NCBI GenBank assembly: GCA_965237955.1
Contig: OZ250169.1
Span: 640,001 to 704,000 of the forward strand
Reading direction: 5' to 3'
Length of the DNA: 64,000 nt
DNA from: Candidatus Marinacidobacterales bacterium
GTDB taxonomy: Bacteria > Acidobacteriota > Vicinamibacteria > Marinacidobacterales > SMYC01
In this document: positions 54,409-61,336 of the stretch, piece by piece
Numbering within the stretch: the first letter of the stretch is position 1
How the letters are laid out: each line of letters opens with the position of its first letter
The notes under the pieces: model-generated
The model's input: the letters and a program-made list of their open reading frames with translations, nothing else
Databases searched by the model: none
What the model was told of the DNA's origin: nothing
Position numbers and translations under genes: made by a program

Positions 54409-54909
54409 TCAGCGATGCACAGTGCAGTGGCGACGACCAAAGAACTGTTTTCTGCCATGCTTGTCGGTTGTATCGTCCGGTTTGTGGAACTTGAGCGGGA
54501 CGCTGCTTCTTGTTTGATTACTAATATTCGGCAGGACTCTGCGGTCGGCAAAGTCCTTTTGGAGATCGGAATCGCACGAAAACAAGACCGTGGCTTGGCC
54601 GGCAGCTGCCAGGGCGAGAACATGCGGATCGTTTGACCGGCGAGTCGGTCGTTCAGGAATGTCGTTGTGCGCGGCTCTAACTTCCTCCGCTGTGATACGT
54701 TCGGCCCGTCCTCTCTGCCTGAAATCGATTAGTAACGCGAGGGCAGTCTTATTTTTTCTTAGTTCATCGCCGTATTTCGAGTCTTCAGCGTAGACGACAA
54801 AACCGTAGCCATTTGTAATCCATTGCCGCAACTGATGTCCAGCCGTGTTTGTCGACTGCTCATGAAGATGGCGAAATGCGCTGGCGTCAATGATGGTCCT
54901 CACACACAT
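54409..54909 (-). CDS. PIN-domain-like putative ribonuclease
   Basis: N-terminal IIDASA and SNDPHVLALA...VLFSCDSDL give the PIN acidic-residue pattern. Confidence 0.72.
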   Translation of the reverse strand: MCVRTIIDASAFRHLHEQSTNTAGHQLRQWITNGYGFVVYAEDSKYGDELRKNKTALALLIDFRQRGRAERITAEEVRAAHNDIPERPTRRSNDPHVLALAAAGQATVLFSCDSDLQKDFADRRVLPNISNQTRSSVPLKFHKPDDTTDKHGRKQFFGRRHCTVHR

Positions 54910-54919
54910 GTCGATGATC

Positions 54920-56188
54920 TCATATGGGCAATCCCATTAGCCGGGCCGTCTCTTCCGAGAAAAACTGCCGATAGTTCTGGGGCTGCCCGCTGAGATTGCC
55001 ACTTCCGTCGAGGCGGAGCTGATACAACCGTGTTGCGGATGGATCGTCAGCACGGCGCTCCAAATACACGATGCCGACGTCCGAAGCTGCCAAGTTTCCC
55101 TCGGTGACCATGATCCGGAGCCAATCGATCACGTGATCGCTATGTGTTTCGACAATGAACGTATGGTTGCTCTCGGCCACTATCCGGACGAGCTTCGCCT
55201 GGGCGGATGGATGGATGTGGACTTCTGGTTGCTGCAGTAGGAAAAGCGTGTTTCTGGAAGCTTCCATCAGGGACTTGATCAAGGGGAGAACGTTAGTTAT
55301 ACCGTAGCCGACATCAACAAGATTGCACATCACGCCAGAAACGTCTGCCAGAATTTCGTACTGGTGTGGGCCGCGTTCCCGTACGTCGACACGGTTGAAC
55401 AGGTCCAACTTACGTCCCACATTATTGATCGCTTCCAGGTGCGTACCTCCGTCCAGAACTCCTAGTGGATCGTCAGGGTAGGAACGCCTTCGCTCGAGGC
55501 CATTTGGATCGATTGCTTTGACCGCAATGGGTGTCTCGGACGCTCGAAATTGATGCCGGAAAAAATTAATGAACTTGCCAAACATCACGAGTTCCTGATC
55601 CGTGGTACGGCCCATCCTCTTCCTGAATTGGGTAACATCGCCATCGAAAGGCAGCACGTTCCTACGTACGTATTGCGACAGCCAGGTCGTGAACTGCTTA
55701 TACGACACGACGGACTGATCAAGCTCGAACTCGAAGCCAGGGCCTTCGAAGCGCCAACGCTCCGCTCTGCCTTCGGGAGTTTCGCGGGCGATTCTCAACT
55801 GAGCCCCAGCGTGTGAAGGGTTGGCGGCTAACTCCAATTCGAGCACCCTTTCCTGCATAGCGCCATCGTGACCCGGCTCGAACTCTATCTCCAGCCGGCG
55901 AAAGCGATCATCTTCCATGCCGATGCCGACTCGAAATGACGGGTATCCCGATCGTGCGAGATTCTCAAATGAACCCATACAGAAAGGCTTTTGGTCGAAA
56001 TAGTTCGTTTGGTCGGTCAGCTCTACGAGGCCAGAAAGACGGACAAGGCCGTAGATGCAACCGAGAAACGTGGACTTGCCCGTGCTGTTTTCCCCGACAA
56101 GAAGAGTCACCTTGGAGAGTTCAGCGTGCTGCTCGCCGGCGAAACACCGAACATCCTTCAATGACAACGAAGTGATCTTACCGCTCAT
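54920..56188 (-). CDS. ABC/AAA-type ATPase (AAA_15/AAA_21 with DUF3696-like tail)
   Basis: Walker A GENSTGKS; signature-like VGYG; Walker B/D-loop LLQQPEVHIHP; H-loop IVETHS. Confidence 0.88.
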   Translation of the reverse strand: MSGKITSLSLKDVRCFAGEQHAELSKVTLLVGENSTGKSTFLGCIYGLVRLSGLVELTDQTNYFDQKPFCMGSFENLARSGYPSFRVGIGMEDDRFRRLEIEFEPGHDGAMQERVLELELAANPSHAGAQLRIARETPEGRAERWRFEGPGFEFELDQSVVSYKQFTTWLSQYVRRNVLPFDGDVTQFRKRMGRTTDQELVMFGKFINFFRHQFRASETPIAVKAIDPNGLERRRSYPDDPLGVLDGGTHLEAINNVGRKLDLFNRVDVRERGPHQYEILADVSGVMCNLVDVGYGITNVLPLIKSLMEASRNTLFLLQQPEVHIHPSAQAKLVRIVAESNHTFIVETHSDHVIDWLRIMVTEGNLAASDVGIVYLERRADDPSATRLYQLRLDGSGNLSGQPQNYRQFFSEETARLMGLPI

Positions 56189-57675
56189 GTTCGTCCTCCT
56201 CGGAGGCGCCTACCCAGGAACGACAGCCGTCGGTTCAGCCAAGACATAAAGTGGCTGCCGCCGCGTGAGGGCGGGTCTTCGCGACGGACTGGTTCATCAA
56301 TGAAGGGATATCGCCAATTGTCGCCTTGCGCGGTTCTCGCGGCGATAGTGCAGCTTGATAGGCACTCGGTAATCTGCGGCGTCAACCGACCAGATATGTA
56401 GCTGTAGTGGAACTTCGTGGGCGCAGGAGGCCACCACGCTTCGCGCAAGATAGAGCGCAGCATCTCAAGAACCATCAAGCTGCCAAGATTAGCGCTGAAT
56501 GGGAAGACGTTCTCGTTGCCAGGGACTTCCATCCCGGGACGGTCTCGCACCACATACGTTGGATCATCGAGCGATCCGTCGCGCTCCATCATGACGCTGG
56601 ACGTTGTATATTGACCGTCACAGCGAAGGCAACGCAACTCTGGACCGGCTCGAACGACGTTCCATGTTGCGTCGGCGAGGCTCCCGTTAGTTTTCGTCGC
56701 CACTCGTACGCCCCCAAAGATCACCGGAATACAGTGCAGGTAGGAGATGTTGTTGAGGATGTCCTTTGGAACCGGTCGGTCGACCGCAGCGAACAGGACG
56801 TCACAGTCCAAGGCTGCTTGATAAGCATTTCGTTCCTGAATCCAAGCACGTCGTGCATCAACGTGAAAACGCGCGGCGGTGGCGCTGCGTTTCAAGTGCT
56901 CCGCCACGAGATCGACCTTGAAGCGCCCGATGTCGCTCGTGCCGGCATAGAGAAGCCGGTCGAGGTTATGCGCTTCCACACGATCCGCATCCACCAGAAG
57001 GATATCCGTTACTCCTATGCGGGCGAGTGTCTCCGCAATGATGCAGCCTACGCTACCAACCCCCACAACACCGACTCGGAGACTAGAAAGGAGGTTCTGC
57101 CGGTCTTGCCCCCAGGTATCAACGGTACGGCGCAAACGCGTGGAGCGATCGACTGGCGCCATCTTGGACGGATTAAGGCTGAGTTGGAGTCCCTTGCCTA
57201 CGACTCTGACCTTGTCGCACCACACACGGTCGAACTTCCGGCCGTTCCAACGCCAGAATCGGGCGCTCCAGACGCCGTCTCGGCCAACGGTGAAGCCGAG
57301 AAGCGGTAATCCGGCGGCCCGGGATGGAGGTGCGATCCGGTCGCGCTCGGCAATGACGTCGTCAGGGCTCATCCCCTGCCAGCCGGCGGTGGGATGACTG
57401 TGCATAAAAGCGACGCCCATGTTCGTTTGGCATGCCCTCCGCGCTGCTCTAGCAAGGTATGCGGACTCGAAACTCACGTTGCCATGCAGACTTCGTTCGC
57501 TGCGCAGCGGAGTCAGAAGCTCGGAGACGATGCCGGTCGTTCGAGACGCGCCGGTGCTGGGGCGCCAAAGTGCGAAACAGAGATCCTCCTGCAGCTGGCC
57601 GCTGCGGATTCGACTGAGAAGGTGCTGCTTCGCCTGTTCGGCCAGAGACTCAGTCAGAACTGCGTCGAACCTCAT
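56185..57675 (-). CDS. JAB/MPN peptidase fused to ThiF/E1 ubiquitin-like activating enzyme
   Basis: QEDLCF...FMHSHP...MSPDD (JAMM motif); VGVGSVG, DADRVEAHNLDR, AVDR, CLRC; start at ATGA overlap 57675. Confidence 0.9.
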   Translation of the reverse strand: MRFDAVLTESLAEQAKQHLLSRIRSGQLQEDLCFALWRPSTGASRTTGIVSELLTPLRSERSLHGNVSFESAYLARAARRACQTNMGVAFMHSHPTAGWQGMSPDDVIAERDRIAPPSRAAGLPLLGFTVGRDGVWSARFWRWNGRKFDRVWCDKVRVVGKGLQLSLNPSKMAPVDRSTRLRRTVDTWGQDRQNLLSSLRVGVVGVGSVGCIIAETLARIGVTDILLVDADRVEAHNLDRLLYAGTSDIGRFKVDLVAEHLKRSATAARFHVDARRAWIQERNAYQAALDCDVLFAAVDRPVPKDILNNISYLHCIPVIFGGVRVATKTNGSLADATWNVVRAGPELRCLRCDGQYTTSSVMMERDGSLDDPTYVVRDRPGMEVPGNENVFPFSANLGSLMVLEMLRSILREAWWPPAPTKFHYSYISGRLTPQITECLSSCTIAARTAQGDNWRYPFIDEPVRREDPPSRGGSHFMSWLNRRLSFLGRRLRGGRT

Positions 57676-58040
57676 AGCTGGGCGAGGACACGCAGCAAGT
57701 GCCGTCTGATGTAGGTCTTCATGTTTTTTCGAGAGGAATCCAGGCGGTCCCAAAAATCACTCGGTGGAAGGCTGTATGCGAACCATCTCTCGCCCTCAAA
57801 GTCGTGTTCGAAGTGCTTCGTGATTCTGTTGGTGCTGACGGACGACTTCAAGTGGACGAAGTGCGGGGGATATTCGGGATAGGCATTCTCCTGGAAGCTC
57901 AAGCCTACTACCAGCGTCTGTCCCTTGTAACAACCATGTCCGACCGGAACATCGACAACCACCGCCGGCCCGGAGGAAAACTCGACGATTCTCGGAACAA
58001 AGCCAAGCTCGCGCAGTTCCTCGGCAACACGCTCCAACAT
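57672..58040 (-). CDS. Prokaryotic E2/UBC-like protein
   Basis: UBC hallmark AYPEYPPHFVHL, then WFAYSLPPSDFW; lies between Ubl and E1. Confidence 0.72.
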   Translation of the reverse strand: MLERVAEELRELGFVPRIVEFSSGPAVVVDVPVGHGCYKGQTLVVGLSFQENAYPEYPPHFVHLKSSVSTNRITKHFEHDFEGERWFAYSLPPSDFWDRLDSSRKNMKTYIRRHLLRVLAQL

Positions 58041-58044
58041 CGGA

Positions 58045-58509
58045 TCAGGCTACGGGTGTGCTGCCCACGTGGATCGCGATAAATTTGTCTCCGTCCGAAA
58101 TTGTCACTAGGTCGTTCAGATTCTCGTACTTGTGTCCGTCGGCGATGTTCTCTAGGTAGTAGCTACCAAGGTCGTCGAGATCTATAGCTGCTCCCAGGCC
58201 TGCGTTTCTGAGAATGGCTTCGAGCGAAAGAGGATTCACCACCGTAGTGTTCACTTCACCGTTGACCGTGTAGCGGATCGGTTTCTCCACGGGCTTCTCT
58301 GAAGAGTCACGTTTTCTTGTCTTGAAGCGTTCATCCGGGCGGATATCAATGAGCTCGTCAGGATTGCCATGTTCGACGCCGTCCTCGGAAACAAGAACAG
58401 CATCCTTGCTGGAGGTTCCAGCAAGTTGCAAGAGCAATCCGACCTTTTCTGGACTGCGTTCCAACTTATAGGGCTTGTCGTCAATAAAAAACTGGCTATC
58501 TGATGTCAT
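58045..58509 (-). CDS. Tandem (two-domain) ubiquitin-like / multi-ubiquitin domain protein
   Basis: Two similar units (FFIDDKPY..LLQLAG..DELIDIRPDERF; YTVNGE..ILRNAG..NDLVTISDGDKF); GGAG RBS before ATG 58509; ends HVGSTPVA. Confidence 0.75.
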   Translation of the reverse strand: MTSDSQFFIDDKPYKLERSPEKVGLLLQLAGTSSKDAVLVSEDGVEHGNPDELIDIRPDERFKTRKRDSSEKPVEKPIRYTVNGEVNTTVVNPLSLEAILRNAGLGAAIDLDDLGSYYLENIADGHKYENLNDLVTISDGDKFIAIHVGSTPVA

Positions 58510-58735
58510 CGGGCACTCCAGCATACACCATCTCGTACACACTCCACACGAAACACGCGGTTGAAGTCGCATGAGATGGTAGCAAATTTTCGGCCTTTCC
58601 TGAAACAGGACGGAGGTGCGTTAAAGCCGCGGGGTTCGGCAGCGACCTGCCGCCCCTTGCTACACAACACGCAGGTAAGATAGGTTCACGTTTTCAATCA
58701 GTGGAAAGGAGGTCACCCAACACTTCATCGCTTCG

Positions 58736-58809
58736 ATGAGCGTTCGGCTTCACCGGATTCGCTGTTCAGCTTGCTCTGGATTCGGCGTTCACGATGGCTG
58801 GAATACGCA
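58736..58809. repeat. IS21-family terminus relic
   Basis: Repeated GTTC units ending gttcacgatggctggaatacgca, the inverse type of 18367-18491. Confidence 0.7.
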
Positions 58810-58815
58810 CTTGAC

Positions 58816-58888
58816 CCGGTCGCAAAACACAGACTCTAAGCTGTTGATTTATGGGCTATTTCAAAAGGGCCGAGTTTTGGCACAGGAC
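58816..58888 (-). repeat. Copy of CGTCCTGTGCCAAAACTC end motif
   Basis: ~70 bp near-identical to 54322-54393. Confidence 0.8.
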
Positions 58889-59239
58889 GGGCGCGCCCTC
58901 CAAATCAGAAAGAAATGAGGTTTTCATGAAGAAGAAGACCGACGTAGAGAAGTAACATAGCTGAAGAGGCTCGATCCTGGAAGGACCGGCAAAATGAAGA
59001 GGCATTCGCGAAGGCTGACAAGAAAGCGCGCGAGAAGAAGGCGAGAGAGCTTATCGGAGTTCTCGATGATGGACTGTCTTCAATGGGTTTCTCCGAAAAT
59101 AAAAGGCGTCAGATCCTACAATCTTCTTTTCCTCCCTGCCTCATCGCTATGGGTTTCACTCGTGGCGAGGTGCAGTCACTCAGCGCATCATATTTTGAAC
59201 AGCTCGGGGAAAAGCCTGCTTAGTAACGTCTATAATCCC

Positions 59240-59272
59240 CTATTAAAAGGGGCCGAGTTTTGGCACAGGACG
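59240..59272 (-). repeat. Copy of CGTCCTGTGCCAAAACTC end motif
   Basis: aaaaggggccgagttttggcacaggacg. Confidence 0.75.
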
Positions 59273-59289
59273 GGGTCAGTTGGAGGATT

Positions 59290-59650
59290 GGAGGGCCGTC
59301 GTCGAGCTTCGAGAGCCATTTGTTTATCGAAACACCAGCCGAATCGTGTCCGTTGCGGAGAATGGATCGAAGCCGGTCGCGTATAGCCTGCGGACGTTTG
59401 CTGGACAGTCATGGTCGAGTCAGCTTCCGTCAGGCCTGGGCGGAGGCGTGCCAGCGGGTAGGTGTCTTGGGCGGATCCCTCACGATCTTCGTCGAACCGC
59501 AGTCTGAAACCTCGTGTGCGCTGGAGTATCCGAGCGGGTGACAATGCAACTGTTAGAATATAAAATTGGAGCGGTTTTTTGACCGATACGACATCGTGAA
59601 CGAGACAGATCTTTCGGCGGCGGTGAGGCGACTGTCGTCCGCTCGTGCAC
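59290..59650 (+). pseudogene. Tyrosine recombinase/phage integrase C-terminal relic
   Basis: SFRQAWAEAC..G / RIPHDLRRTAV*NLVCAGVSERVTMQL / FDRYDIVNETDL with frameshifts and a stop. Confidence 0.8.
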
Positions 59651-59745
59651 CACAGAGTCAAACGAAAGGCTCTTCATTGAGGCAGACGACTGCTGGGTCT
59701 TCGACGAGCCCCATTGGCGTGATAGGTCCGCAGCGACCTAGCCGC

Positions 59746-60855
59746 GTGAGCGCGGTCTCACTTGCCTCCGCCGAGTGGACTGGGGGCGTCTGTAACACCG
59801 AATGGACCTTTCACCAACTATCGCCGTACATCGGGAAGTCGAAGTCCTCTATGGCGGCAGCCTTGGTGAGGGAATTTGCCCTGCCGGGTCACACCGTCTA
59901 CGAGCCGTTCTCAGGCTGCGGGTCGATCGCCTTCGAAAGCTGGGCAGCCGGCTGCAACGTAATCGCAAACGACCTAAGTCCATATGCGAGGCTTCTCACT
60001 CGTGCGAAGCTCTTTCCCTATGCGTCGCTAGAACTGGCGCTGGACGATCTTCATCGTTCCGCCGGAGCTGTCAAGAAGGAGTCCAGGCCAGCTCTGCGGT
60101 CGGTGCCGAAGTGGGTTCGAGAGTTCTTTCATCCCGATACACTTCGCGAGATCCTGACCTGGACTGCGGTGCTACGGCGTCGGCGACACTGGTTCCTACT
60201 GGCGTGCTTGATGGGGATTCTGCATCATCAACGCCCAGGCTTCCTTTCCTTTCCAAGCAGTCACTCGGTACCGTACTTGCGCACGCGGAAGTTCCCCCGT
60301 GACCAGTTTCCTGAAATGTACAAGTACCGGGCGTTGATGGATCGGCTAGAGAAGAAAGTGTCGCGGGCATTTCGGCGCGTTCCAGAGCTTGATTTTGATT
60401 TGCGCCGCTCGTATTATTCGCAAGACGCCGCTCGATTCAACCCAGGCCCGGTCGATGTCATCCTCACGAGCCCGCCGTACATGCGGCAGCTCGACTACGG
60501 TCGAGACAATCGCTTGCGATTGTGGTTTCTGGGCTGTCGAGACAGCGATGCTCTCGACGAGTCCGTGTCGCCAGCCGAGAGCGATTTCCTCGCTTTGATG
60601 CGAGCGTGTTTCATGCGCTGGAAAGACGCCCTGATCTCTGGGGGCAGCTGCGTTCTAGTCATAGGTGATACGTGCAGTCGGGAGAACCGCAGCGCGCTTC
60701 CGGACGCGGTGACGCAACTCGCACGCGACACTGGCTTCGTTTTCTCCGGTCAGCGCACGGACGTCATTCCGAGCGACAGGAGGGTCAGGCGGGGGATCAC
60801 TGGCAGTTTGTCGGAGACAATTCTGGTGCTGCGCAAAGGCGGAGCCGCGCGGTAG
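59746..60855 (+). CDS. Amino-DNA methyltransferase (m4C-type SPPY motif)
   Basis: HQLSPYIGK; motif I EPFSGCGS; motif IV ILTSPPY; start uncertain (ORF-track extension to 59566 is the integrase tail). Confidence 0.88.
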   Translation: MSAVSLASAEWTGGVCNTEWTFHQLSPYIGKSKSSMAAALVREFALPGHTVYEPFSGCGSIAFESWAAGCNVIANDLSPYARLLTRAKLFPYASLELALDDLHRSAGAVKKESRPALRSVPKWVREFFHPDTLREILTWTAVLRRRRHWFLLACLMGILHHQRPGFLSFPSSHSVPYLRTRKFPRDQFPEMYKYRALMDRLEKKVSRAFRRVPELDFDLRRSYYSQDAARFNPGPVDVILTSPPYMRQLDYGRDNRLRLWFLGCRDSDALDESVSPAESDFLALMRACFMRWKDALISGGSCVLVIGDTCSRENRSALPDAVTQLARDTGFVFSGQRTDVIPSDRRVRRGITGSLSETILVLRKGGAAR

Positions 60856-60862
60856 GGGAAAC

Positions 60863-61200
60863 ATGCAGCAGCAGTTCAACACACGAAACTACAGCATCCG
60901 GGACTTTGAGGAGTGGAACAGCTTCGGAGAACTACTGCTCGCACCGAAGTTCCAGCTTCGAGTGGTATGGAACTCCAAGGCAAAGTTCTTTTGATCGACA
61001 CGATTCTCCGTGGCAAGCCGATTCCCAAGCTGTACATGCGGTAGGAAATTAATGCATCCAACGTTAGGGCCATTCGATAAATAGCCGATGGTTGGTAGTG
61101 TCTGGCAACGGCCCTGAAATTTCATTAGTGACGGGCTGACAAGATCAGTCGCGCGCCCAGCGCCGAGTTTGGGGAGAAGCAGTTCAGTAACCTGGACCTA
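60863..61200 (+). pseudogene. DUF262 (ParB-like) protein pseudogene
   Basis: MQQQFNTRNYSIRDFEEW..ELLLAPKFQLRVVW..KAK / LIDTILRGKPIPKLYMR* with frameshift and stops. Confidence 0.75.
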
Positions 61201-61336
61201 ACAACACAAGGTGAGGGGGGGCCGGGGTCGCGAGTTCCGGGTTCGGATTTCTGGTTCCTCGTGTTTCGAAAGAGTTTGTCGGATCGAAATCGCGAATGAA
61301 CGCATTTCCGCGTGGCACGCAGTTCAAGGGAAAATC

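Noticed and set aside
56185-58040. Type II CBASS (Cap2/Cap3) or ThiF/MoeB cofactor biosynthesis
   Set aside because: No CD-NTase, no ThiS/MoaD ending in GG and no thiamine or molybdopterin genes; the JAB-E1 order differs from Cap2 (E2-E1)
58620-58735. GC-rich hairpin and strong RBS (AAAGGAGG) upstream of the Ubl operon as a riboswitch or regulator gene
   Set aside because: No recognisable RNA family, and the sequence after the RBS is cut by an IS21 end; insufficient support
54322-59650. Classical integron
   Set aside because: The repeats lack attC RYYYAAC..GTTRRRY palindromic structure and the integrase relic is too short to show IntI features
59566-59745. N-terminal extension of the DNA methyltransferase
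   Set aside because: It encodes the integrase C-terminal tail (FDRYDIV), which is in frame by chance
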